NCBI GenBank assembly: GCA_048013815.1
Contig: CM106585.1
Span: 18,910,001-18,974,000 of the forward strand
Length of the DNA stretch: 64,000 nt
DNA from: Setoptus koraiensis
Lineage: Eukaryota > Animalia > Arthropoda
Direction of reading: 5' to 3'
The translations under genes and the position numbers were made by a program. Numbering within the stretch: position 1 is the stretch's first letter; each line of letters starts with the position of its first letter. Below the pieces are notes generated by a model. That model saw only the letters and a program-made list of their open reading frames with translations, ran no database searches and had not been told where the DNA came from. Shown here piece by piece: positions 33,901 through 44,729 of the stretch.

Positions 33901-36900
33901 AGAAGAAAGAAGAGAAGGAGAAAGAGAGAAAGAGAAGAGAGAAGGAAAAGAAGGAGAGAAAGAGAGGAGAGAAGAAAGAGAAGAAGAGAAAGAGAGAGAG
34001 GAAGAAAGAGAGGAAAGAGAGAAGAGAAAGAAGAGAAGGAGAAGAAGAAAGAGAAGAGGAGAGAAAGAAAGAGAGAAAGAGGAAAAGAGAGAAGAAGAGA
34101 AAAGAGAAAGAAGAGAGGAGAGAAGAGAAGAAAGAGAGAAGAAGAGAAAGAAAAAGAGAAAGAGAGGAAGAAGAGAAGAAAGAGAAGAGAAAGAGAAAGA
34201 GAGGAAGAGAGAGAGAAGAAGAGAGAAAGAAGGAAGAGGAAAGAAAGAGAAGAAGAGGAGAAGAGAAGAAAGAGAAGAGAAAAGAGAAGAGAAGAGAAAA
34301 GAGAAGAAGAGGAGAAGAAAGAAGAGAAGAAGAGAAAAGAGAGGAAGAGGAGAAAGAGAAGAGAAGGAGAAAGAAGAGAAGGAGAGAAGAGAGAAGGAGA
34401 AAAGAGAAGAGAAGGAAGAGAGAGAAGAGAAAGAGAAGAGAAGAGAAAGAAGGAAGGAAAAAGAGAAGAGAAAGAAGGAAGAGAAAGAAAGAAGAAGAGA
34501 GGAGAAAGAGAAGAGAAAGAAAGAGAAGGAGAGAGAAGAAGAGAAGAAGAGAAGGAGAAAGGAAAGAAGAAAGAGAGGAGAAAGGAAGAGAAAGAGAAGG
34601 AGAGAGAAAGAGAAGAAGAGAAAGAAGGAGAGAAGAGAAGAAGAAGAGAGAGAAAGAGAAGAGAAGGAGAAAAGAAGGAAAAGAAGAGGAGAAGAGAGAG
34701 AAGAAGAGAGAGAAAGAGAGAAGAGGAGAAAAGAAGAGGAAAGAGAAGAAGAAAGAAGAGGAAAAGAGAGGAGAAAGAAAGAGAGAAGAGAGAGAAAGAG
34801 GAGAGAGAAGAAAGGAGAGAAGAGAAAAGAGAAGAGAAAAGAAAAGGAGAAAGAGGAAAGAGAGAAGAAAGAGAAGAGAAGGAGAAAGAAGAGAAGGAGA
34901 AAGAGAAAAGAGGAGAGAAGAAAGAGAAAGAGAAGAAGAGGAGAGAAAGAGAAGAGAAAAAGAAGAGAAGAGAGGAGAAAGAGAAGAAGAGAAGAAAGAG
35001 AAAGAGAGAAGAGAGAAGAGAAAAGAGAAGAGAAGAGAGAAAGAAGAGAAGGAGAGAAGAAGAAGAGAGAAGAAAGAGAGGAAAGAAGAGAAGAAAGAGA
35101 AGAGAAAAGAGAGAGAAGAGAGAAGGGAAGAGAAAAAGAAGGAGAAGAGAAAGAAAGAAGAAGAGAAGAGGAAGAAGAAAGAGAAGAGAAAAAGGAGAAG
35201 AAGAAAGAGAAAGAAGAGAGAAGAAGGAAAAGGAAAGAAGAAGAAAGAAGAGAGAGAAAAGAAAGAGAGGAGAAGAGAAGAAGGAAAGAAGAAGAAAAGG
35301 AGAAAGAAGAGAAGAAGAAAAGAGAAAAGAGAAAGAAGGAGAAGAGAGAAGAAGAGAAAGAGAAGAAGAGAGAAAAGAAAGGAGAAGAGAAAGAAAAGAA
35401 GAAAAGAGAAGAGGAAGAGAAGAAGAGAAGAAGGAAAAGAGAAGAAGAGAAAGAGAAGAAAGAGAGAAAGAGAAGAAGAGAGAGAAGAAAGAAAGAGAAG
35501 AAGAGAAAGAGGAGAGAAGAAAAGAGAAGAGAGAAAGAAGAAGAAAGAAGAGAAAGAAGAGAAAGGAGAAGAAAGAAGAGGAAGAGGAAGAAGAGAAGAG
35601 AAGAGAAAAGAAAGAAGAAGAGAAGAGGAAGAAAAGAAGAGAAGAAAAGAGAGAAGAAAGAAAGAGAAGAAAGAGAGAAAGAAGAAGGAGAGAGAAAGAA
35701 GAAGGAAGAAAGAAAGAAAGAAGAAGAAAGAGAAGAGAAAAGAAGAGAAGAAGGAGAAGAAAGAGAAGAAAGAGAAGAGAAAGAGAGAAGAAGAAAGAAG
35801 AGAAGAGAAAAGAAAGAAGAGGAAGAGAAGAAGAGAAAAGAAGAGAAGAAGAAAGGAAGAGAAAAGAGAAGAAGAGGAGAAAGAAGAGAAAGAGGAAGAA
35901 AGAAGAGAGAAAGAGAAGAAAAGAAGAGAAGAGAAGAGAGGAAGAGAAAGAAGAAAGAAGAAGAGAAAAGAGGAAAGAGAAGAGAAGGAGAAGAAGAAGA
36001 AAGAGAAGAGAAGAAGAAAGAGAAGAGGAGAGAAAAAGAAGAGAAAGAAAGGAAAAGAGAGAAAGGAAGAAAGAGAAAAAGAAGAAAGAAGAGAAAGAGA
36101 AGAGAAAAGAAGAGAGAAAAAGAAGGAAGAGAAGAGAAAGAAAAGAAGAGAAGAAGAGAGAAGAAAAGAAGAAAGAAGGAAAGAAGAAAAGAGAGAAGAG
36201 AAGAAAAGAGAAGGAAGAAAGAAGAGAGAAAGGAGAAGAAAGAAGAAGAAAGAGAAGAGAAAGAAAGAAAAGAAGGAGAGAAGAGAAGAAAAGAAGAAGG
36301 AGAGAAAGAAAAGAGGAGAAAGAGAAGAGAAAGAGAGAGAAGGAAGAAAAGAAGAGAAAGAAGAGAAAGAAAGAGAGAAGAGAAAAGAAAGAAGAAGGAG
36401 AAGAAAGAGGAAAGAAGAGAGAGAAAGAGAAGAGGAAGAAAAAGAGAAAGAAGAAGAGAAGGAAAGAGAGAAAAAGAAGAAGAAGAGAAAGAGAAAGAAG
36501 GAGAAAGAGAAGAGAAAGAAAGAAAGGAAGAAGAGGAGAAAGAAGAAAGAGAAGAGAAAAGAAGAAAGAGAGAAAGAAAGAGAAGAGAGAAGAAAGAGAA
36601 AGGAAAGAAGGAGAAAGAAGAGAGAAGAAGAAAGAAGAGGAAGAAGAAAGAGAAGAAAGAAAGGAGAAGAGAAAAGGAGAGAAAAGAAGAAGAGAAGAAA
36701 GAGAAGAGGAGAAAGAGAAAGAAGAAGAAGAAAGAGAGAAAAAGAGAGAAGAAGGAAGAGAAAGAAAGAGAAGAAGAGAAGAAGAAAAGAGAGGAAAGAG
36801 AAAGAAAGAGGAGAAGAGAAGAGAAAGAGAAAGAAGGGAAGAAAAGAGAAGAGAAAGAAGAGAAGAAAGGAGAGAAGAAGAAAGAAAGAGAAGAAAGAAG

Positions 36901-39900
36901 AGAGAAAGAAGAGAGAAGGAAAAAAGAAGAAAGAGAAGAAGAGAAGGAGAAGAAGAGGGAAGAGAAGAAGAGAAGGAAGAAAAGAGAGGAAAAGAGGAAG
37001 AGAAGAAGAGAGAAGGAAAAGAAAGAAGAGGAGAGAAAAGAAGAGAGAGAAGGAAAGAGAAGAGGAAAGAAGAGAAAAGAAGAGGAGAAGAGAAAGAAGA
37101 GAGAAAGAGAGAAAAGAGAAGAGAAGGAGAAGAAGAGAAAGGAAGAGAAAGAGAAGAAAGAGAAGAAAGAGAAAGAGAGAAGAAAGAGGAAAAGAGAGGA
37201 GAAAGAAGGAGAAGAAAGAGAGAGAAAGGAGAGAGAAGAGAAGGAAGAAGAGAAAAGAGAAGAAGAGAAGAAGAGGAAAAGAGAAGAGGAAGAAGAAAAG
37301 AGAAAGAAGAGGAGAAGAGAAAGAAAGAAGAGAGAAAGAAGAGAAGAGGAGAAGAAAGAAGAAGAGAAAAGGAAGAGGAGAAAGAAGAGAGAAAGAGAGA
37401 AGAAGAAGAGAGAGAAGAAAGAAGAGAAAGGAGAAGAGAGAAAAGAAGAAAGAGGAAGAGAGAAAAAAGAGGAAGAAAGAGGAGAAGAGAAGAAGAGAAA
37501 GAGAAGAAGAAAGAAGGAGAAGAGAAAGAGAAAAGAGAGAAGAAAAGAGAGAGAAGAGAGAAGAGAAGAAGAGGAAGAGAAGAGAGAAAAGAAAGAGAAG
37601 AGAAGAAGAGAAAGAAAGGAGAAGAAGAGAAAGAAGAGGAAAGAGAGAAAGAAGAGAAAGAGGAGAAGGAGAGAAAAGAGAAGAAGAAGAGAAGGAGAGA
37701 AAGAGGAGAGAAGAGAAAGAGAAGGAGAGAAAGAAGAAGAGAAGAAAGGAGAAGAGAAAAGAGAGGAAAGAGGAAGAGAAGAGAGAAAAAGAGAGGAAAG
37801 GAGAAGAAGAGAAAGAAGGAGAAGAAGAAGAGAAAAGAGAAGAGAAGAAGAGAGAAGAAAGAAGAGAAAGGAGAAAGAGAGAAAAGAGAGGAGAAGAGAG
37901 AAGAGAGAAAGAAGAGAGAAAGAGGAGAGAAGAAGAGGAGAAGAAAGAGAAAAGAGAGAAAGAAGGAGAGAAAGAAGAGAAGAAGAAGAGAGAAGGAGAA
38001 AAGAGAGAGAGGAAGAGAAGAGAAAGAGAAAGAGAAGAGGAAAAAGAGAGAAAGAGAGAAGAAGAAGAAAGAGAGGAGAAGAAAGAAGGAGAAGAGAGAA
38101 GAGAAGAGAGAAAGAAAAGAGAGAAAGAGAAAGAGAGAGAAAGAGAGAAGAAGAAGAAAAGAGAGAGGAAGAGAAAGAGAAAGAAGAGAGAAAGAGAAGA
38201 AGAGAGAGGAAAGAAAAGAGAGAGAAAGAGAGAGGAAAGAAGAGAAAGAGAAAAGAAGGAAGAAGAAGAGAAAGAGGAGAAGAGAAAAGAGAAGAGAAGA
38301 GGAAGAGAAAGAAAAGAAGGAGAAGAGAAGAGAGAAAGAGAAGAGAAAGAAGAGAAGGAAAAGAGAGAAGAGAAGAAGAAAGAGGAGAAAGAGAAAGAAA
38401 GAGAGAAAGAGAAGAAGAAAAAGAGAAAGAAGGAGAAAGAGAGAGAGAAAGAGAGAAGAAAGAAGAGAAAGAGAAAAGAGAGAAGAGAAAAGAGAAGAGG
38501 AAGAAAAGAGAGAAGAGAAAGAGAGAAAGAGAAGAAAGAGAGAAGAGGAAGAAAAAGAGAGAAAGAAGAGGAGAGAAAAGAGAAAGAAGAGGAGAAAGAG
38601 GAAGAGAGAAAGAAGAGAGAAGAGAGAAGAAAGAGAAAAGAAGAGAAGAGAAGAGAAAAGAGGAAAAGAGAAGAGAAGAAGGAGAAGAGAAAAGAAGAGA
38701 GAGAGAAAGAAGAGAAAGAGGAAAGAAAGAGAAGAGAAGAAGAAGGAGAAGAAAGAGAGGAGAAGAGAAAGAAGAAGAGAAAAGAAAGAGAAGAGAGGAA
38801 GAAGAGAAAGAGGAGAAGAGAAGAGAAGAAGAAGAGAAAGAGAGAGAAAGAAAGAGAGAAGAGAAAGAGAGAAAGAAGAGAAGAGAAGAGAAAAGAGAGA
38901 GAAGAGAAAAGAAGAGAGGAGAAGAGAAGAGAAAGGAGAGAAAGAGAAAGAGGAGAAGAGAAGAGGAGAAAAGAGAAGAGAAAGAGAGAAGAGAGAGAAA
39001 GAGAAGGAGAAAGAGAGAGAAAGAGAAGAGAGAGAAAGAGGAAGAGAAAAGAAGAGAAGAGAAGAGAAAGGAGAGAAGAAGAGAGAGAAAGAGAAGAGAG
39101 GAGAAAGAGAAAGAAGAAGGAGAAAAGAGAAGAGAGAAGAGAAGAAAAGAGGAAGAAGAAGAAAGAGAAGGAAAAGGAAAGAGAGAAGGAAGAGAAGAGG
39201 AAGAAGAAAGAGAAAGAGAAGGAGAGAGAGAGAAAGAAGAAGAGAGAAGAGAGAAAGAAGGAAAGAAGAGAAGGAGAAAGAAGAGAAGAGAGAAGAGAGA
39301 AGAAAGAGAAGAGAAGAGAAAGAAGAGAGAAAAGAGAAAGAAGAGAAAGAGAAGAGAGGAAGAAGAGAAGAAGAGAAAGAGAGAAAGAAAGAGGAGAGAG
39401 AAAGAAGAGAGAAGAGGAAGAAGAGAGAAGAAAAGAGAAGAGAAGAAAGGAGAAAGGAAGAAAAGAAGAGAAAGAAGAGAAGAGAAAGAGAGGAGAGAGA
39501 AAGAAAAGGAAGAGAAAGAAGAGAAAGAAGAAAGAGGAAAGAGAAGAGAAAGAGAGGAGAAGAAGAAAGAAAGAGAAAGAAGAGGAGAGAAGAAAAGAGA
39601 AGAAGAGAGGAAGAGAAAAGAGAAGAAGAGAAAGAAGAGGAGAAAGAGAAGAAGGAGAGAAAGAGAAGAGGAAGAGAGAGAAAGAAAGAGAGAGAAGAAG
39701 AAAGAGAAGAGAAAGAGAGAAGAGAGAGAAAGAAGAGAAGAAAGAAAGAGGAAAGAAGAGAGAAAAGAGAGAAGAGAAAGAGAAGAGAGGAAAGAGAGAA
39801 AAGAAGAGAAGAAAAGAGAAGAGGAGAAAGAAAGAGAGAGAAAGAAAAGAGAAGAGAAGGAGAAAGGAGAGAGAAAGAAAGAGAAAAAGGAGAAAGAGAA

Positions 39901-42900
39901 AGAAGAGGAAGAGAAGAGAGAAAAGAGAGAAGAAAAGAGGAAGAAAAAGAGAGAAGAGAAAAGAGAAGAGGAGAAAGAGAAGAGAGAGAAAAGAAGAGAA
40001 AGAGAAGAAGAAGAAGAGAAAAGGAAGGAGAGAAAAGAGAAAAGAAGAAAGAGAGAGGAGAAGAGAAAAGGAAGAGAAAAGAGAAGAAGAGAGAAGAGAA
40101 AAAGAAGAGAAGAGAGAAGAAAGGAGAAGAAGAGAAGAAGAAGGAGAAGAAAAGGAAGAAGAGAAAGAGAGGAGAAAGAAGAGAGAGAAAAGAGAAGAAG
40201 AGAGAGAAGAGAGAAGAAGAAAAGAGAAGAAAGAGAAAAAGAAGAGAGAAGAGAAGAAAGAGAAGAGAAGAAAAGAGAGAAGAAGGAAGAGAAAAAGAGA
40301 AGAGAAGAGAAGAAAAGAAGGAGAGAAGAAGAGAAGAAGAAAGAAGAGAGAGAAAGAAAGAGGAAAAGAGAGAAGAGAAGAGAGAAAAGAAGAAGAGAAA
40401 AGAGAAGAGAAAGAGAGGAGAAAAAGAGAAGAGAAAGAGAGAAAGAAGAGGAAGAGAAGAGAAAGAAGAGAGAGAAAGAAGAGAGAAAGAAGAGAAAGAG
40501 AGAGGAAAGAAGAGAAAGAGAAAGAAGAGAAAGAGAGAGAAGGAAGAGAAAGAAGAAAAGAAGAAAGAGAGAAAGAAAGAGAGAAAAGAGAGAAGAGAAA
40601 GAAGAAAGAAAGAGAAAGAGAGAAGGAGAGAAGAAGAGGAAAAGAGAGAAGAAAGAGAAGAAGAAGAGAGGAAAAAGAGAAAGAAAAGAAGAGAAAGGAG
40701 AAGAAGAGAAGAAGAGAAAAGAGAAGAGAAAAGAGGAAGAAAGAAGAAAGAGAAGAGAGAAAGAAAGAAGAGAAGAGAAAGAGGAGAAGAAGAAGAGAAG
40801 AGAAAAGGAGAGAAGAAGAGAAGGAAGAGAGAAGAAAGAAAGAAGAGAGAAGAAAAGAAAAGAGAAGAAAGAGAAGAAGAAAGAGAGAAGAAGGAGAAAG
40901 AAGAGAAGAGAAAAAGAAAGGAGAAGAAGAGGAGAAAGAGAAGAGAAGGAAGAGAAAAGAGAAGAAAGGAGAGAGAGAAAAGAAGAGAGAAGAAAGAAGA
41001 GGAAGAAAGAAGAAAGAGAAAAGAGAAAGAGAAGAAAGGAGAGAGAAGAGAAGGAAGAGAAAGAAAAGGAGAAGAGAAGAGAAGAAGAGAAAAGGAGAAA
41101 GAAAGAGAGAAAGAGAAGAGGAGAAGAAGAAGAGAGAAAGAGGAAGAAAGAAGAGGAGAAAGAGAAGAAAGAAAGAGAAGGGAAGAGAAAAAGAAGAAGA
41201 GAAGAGAAGAAAAGAAAAGAGAAGAAAAGAAGAGGAAGAGAAAGAGAAAGAAAAGAGAGAAGGAGAAAGAGAGAAAGAGAGAGAAAAAAGAAGGAGAAGA
41301 AGAGAAAGAGAGGAAGAAGAAAGAGAAGAAAGAGAAAGAGGAAGAGAAGGAGAAAGAAGAGAGAAAGAGGAGAGAGAAAGAAAGAGAAGAAAAGAAGAAA
41401 GAGAGAAGAAGAAGAGGAGAAGAAAGAGAAGAAAAGAAGAGAAAAGAAGAGGAGAGAAAGAGAAGAGAAAAGAGAAGAGAGGAAGAGAAAGAAGAGAGAA
41501 AGAAAAGAGAAGAAAAAGAGAGAAAGAGAAGAGAGAAAAAGAAGAGAAGAAGGAAAGAGAGAGAAGAAAAGAGAGAAGAGAAGAAGAAAAGGAGAAAAGA
41601 GAAAGAAGAGAGAAGAGAGAAGAAAGAGGAAGAGAGAAAGAGAAAGAGAGAAGGAAGAAAAGAGAAAGAGAAGAGAGAAAGAAAAAGGAGAAGAGAGAAG
41701 AAGAAGGAAAAGAAGAGAAGAGAAGAGAGAAAAGAAAAAGAAGAGAGAAAGAGAAAAGAGAAAGAGAGAGAAGAAGAGGAGAAAGAAGAAGAGAAGAGAA
41801 AAGAGAAGAGGAGAAGAGAAAAAGAGGAAGAGAAAGAAGAGAAGAGAGAAAGAGAAGAGAGAGAAAAGAAGAGAGGAGAAAGAAAGAGAAGAAGAGAAAG
41901 AAAGAAGAGAGAAGAAGAGAAAAAGAGAAAGAGGAAGAAAGAGAGAAGAGAAAAAGAGAGGAAGAGAAGAAAGAAGAAGAAAGAAGAAAGAGAAGGAGAA
42001 GAGAGAAGAAGAGAAAAGAAGAAGAGAAGAGAAAGGAAAAGAAGAGGAGAAGAAGAGGAGAGAGAAAGAAGAAAGGAAGGAGAAGAGAAGAAGAGAGAAG
42101 AAAAGAGAAGAGAGAAGAAAAGAGAGAAGAAAAGAAAAGAGAGAAGAGAAAAAGAGAAAGAAAAGAGAGAAAGAGAGGAGAAGAAGAGAAGGAGAGAAAG
42201 AGAAGAAAGAAGAGAGAAAAGAAGAGAAGGAGAAGAGAAAGAGAAGAAAGAAGAAGAGAAAGAAGAGAGAGAAAGAGAAAAGAAAGAAAAGAGGAAAGAA
42301 GGAGAAAAGAAAGAAGAAGAGAGAGAAAAGAGAAGAAGAGGAAGAGAAAGAGAAGAGAAAAAGAAAGAAGAGAAGAGGAAGAAAGAGAAAGAAGAAAGAA
42401 GGAGAGAAGAGAGAAGAAAGAAGAGAGAGGAGAAGAGAAAAAGAGAAGAGAAAGAGGAAGAGAAAAGAGAGGAGAAGAAAGAAAGAGAAGAGAAAGGAGA
42501 AGAGAAGAAGAAAGGAAAGAAGAGAGAAAGAAAGAGAGAAAGGAAAGAAGGAGGAAAGAGGAGAGGGAGGGAGAAAAAAGAGAAGAGAGAAGGGAGAGAG
42601 AAGAAAAGAAGAGGAGGAGAATTGAGGAAAGAGAAAAGAGAAGGAGAAGGGGAGAGAGGGAAGAAGAGGAGAAGAGAAAAGAGGAAGAGACAGGGAGAAA
42701 AGCATGGAAGGAGAGAGAAAAGAGTAGGAGAGAAGGGGGAGAGGAGAGGAAAGGAAGGAAAAGAGGAGATGCAGGAGAGAGAAGAGAGGAGTGAAGAGGG
42801 AAGGGAAGAACAGAAGGACGGAAAGAAAAGCAGAGAGAAGGAGCGAAAAGAGAGAAAGGGAAGAGAAGAGAGGATAGAGAGAAAGTAGAAGAGAAAGAAA

Positions 42901-43090
42901 AAGATAGAGAGAAGAGAGAGAGGAACGGAGAAAAGGAAGGAGCAGAGGAAAGGAGAAAGGGAAAGAGAGAGCGAGCAGAGGAGAAGAGAGTACTAGAGGA
43001 GGACGGAGAGGAAAGCAAAGAGAGACGGAAAAACGAGCGACAGTAGAACGAAGAAGCATCGGCACGACGAAGGCAGACAGTACCAGTGCG
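12920..43090 (+). repeat. About 30-kb non-periodic polypurine (A/G-only) block; probable sequencing or assembly artefact
   Basis: I see no C or T between about 13,209 and 42,621. The block is an irregular chain of GA, GAA, GAAA and GGA with no fixed unit. The edges grade in through G/T-rich and mixed sequence. Confidence 0.9.
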
Positions 43091-43129
43091 ACACCCCCTG
43101 TGCTTCCTAACGCGCTGACATACGCTTCC

Positions 43130-43820
43130 CATTCCTCCTCTCCCACTTCCTCCCTTTTTCCTCTGCTTCCACTTCCCTCTGCTGCTCTCTCCCTATCTCT
43201 CTTCTCCTCTCTCTCCTCTCTCATCTATCCTCCCCTCTACTTCTCCCTCCTCTCATTTCCTGCCCTCTCTCCCTCCTCTCATCCTCCTTTCTCTCTCTCA
43301 TTCTCCTCTCCCTCACTTCCTCTCTCTCTCCTCTCTCCCTTTCTCTTCCCCCTCTCTCCTTCTCTCTCTTCTTTCCTCTCCTCTACTCTTCTTCTCCCCT
43401 TCCCCCTCTTCTTCTCCTTCCCTCTCCTCCCCTTCTCCCCCTCTTCTCTCCTCCTCTACCTCTTTCCTTCCTCCCTTCTCTCTTTCTCTCTCCTCTCCCC
43501 TCCTCCTCTTCCCCTCTCTCTTCCTCTTCCTCCTTCTCCCCTTTCCTCCTCTCCCTCTCTTCTCCTCTCCCTCTCTCCTTACTCTCCCCCTCTCCTTTCT
43601 TTTCTCTTTCTCTCTCTCCCTCCTCTCTCCTCTCTTCCTTCCTCTTCTTCTCTCTCTCTATCCCTCTTCCTCTCTTCCTCCCTCCTCTCTCCCTTCTCCT
43701 CTCTCTCTCCTCCTACTCTCCTCCTCTCTATCTCTTCCTTCTTTCTCTCCCGCTCCTTCCTCTCTCTCTCCCCTCTCCCTCTCTCTTTCCTCCCCTCTCC
43801 CTCTCCTCTCTCCTCTCCCC
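43130..43820 (+). repeat. About 0.7-kb polypyrimidine (C/T) block, which is A/G-rich on the minus strand
   Basis: Almost entirely C/T. It abuts receptor sequence that resumes at about 43,829 (gtagattcgcgact). Confidence 0.9.
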
Positions 43821-43828
43821 TATCAATT

Positions 43829-44712
43829 GTAGATTCGCGACTTGATTTATCAGCTGAGGCTGGAGTGAGGGAAGCTGCTGTTGAAGCTGCACCACCCCTA
43901 TGGGCGCGCAACATCAACGATTGTTGGTCTGAGCAAACTCCTTTCGTTGCATTGCTTATATTTGATTTACGTCCATGATGATGAGATCCGCTTGAACCGC
44001 CGTGTTGATTTATAAAAACATGTTTGGTACCGTATTTCAGAAAACGCGTTTGTTTAACTGCAGCTCTGTAGATTCTATAATAAGCGTACAGCATAATAAC
44101 CAACGGTCCATAGAATGAGATCACAGATGAAAATAACAAGTAGCTGGTATCGTTGGTAAACACACACCTATATTCAATATCACCACCCTTGTCATGATTG
44201 TTGATAGCAGTAGATACATTGATTGGCACTAGCGGAGATGGGCTCACTGATCGCCACCACAATATAGCTGGAAATGATATGAATGCCGAGCAAGCCCAAA
44301 CGGACAATATAAGTAACGCCACTCTATTTGGTGTCATTTTAGATGGATAACTAATGGGATCAGTGATGGCAAGATATCTATCTAGGCTAATGGCGCACAA
44401 ATTTAATATGGAAGCTGTTGATGCTAATACATCAAACGAGTGCCACAAATCGCACCAAATGGCACCAAAAGTCCAAGAGGACATTATCACCTCTGATATA
44501 ATACTGAATGGCATAACTAAGGCTCCTACTAGACAATCAGCAGCCGCTAACGAGGCTATAAGATAATTAGTGACTGAATGAAGTTGATTCTCGTGCCAGA
44601 TAGCGCTGACAACAAGTAAATTGCCTAATACAACAAATATGCTGATTATACAAGAGGCCAGAATTAGGATTGGCTGTATGACATAGGGCCACCACTTTGG
44701 ATGTATGAGCAT
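43829..44712 (-). CDS. Dop1R2: Dop1R2-like dopamine receptor copy A: TM1-TM5 and the start of ICL3
   Basis: GNLLVV (TM1), LAAADCLVG (TM2), CDLWHSFDVLASTASILNLCAISLDRY (TM3 with amine-binding Asp and DRY), ISFPAILWW (TM4), FSSVISFYGPL (TM5 serines), RIYRAAVKQTR. The ORF extension to 43,579 is low-complexity filler. Confidence 0.9.
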
Positions 44713-44729
44713 GTTGTTCAGTCGTGGTC

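Noticed and set aside
13209-42621. Idea that the A/G block is a two-letter re-encoding of the missing receptor loop, or a hidden binary code
   Set aside because: It is about nine times longer than the missing 3.4 kb. Its tightly bounded run lengths do not look like a collapsed four-letter sequence, and I saw no framing or periodicity. Not formally tested.
43050-43130. Sequencing adapter at the purine/pyrimidine junction
   Set aside because: It does not match the ONT or PacBio adapter sequences I recall; a database screen is needed.
12794-43224. Three ORFs of about 10,000 aa (K/R/E/G-only on +, S/L/F/P-only on -)
   Set aside because: Stop codons need both T and A. An A/G-only strand and its C/T-only complement cannot contain them, so every frame is open trivially. 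There is no domain content.
43100-43978. 292-aa plus-strand S/L/P/F ORF, and the E/R/G extension of the 377-aa minus-strand receptor ORF below 43,829
   Set aside because: Both are translations of the C/T block; the receptor homology ends at about 43,829.
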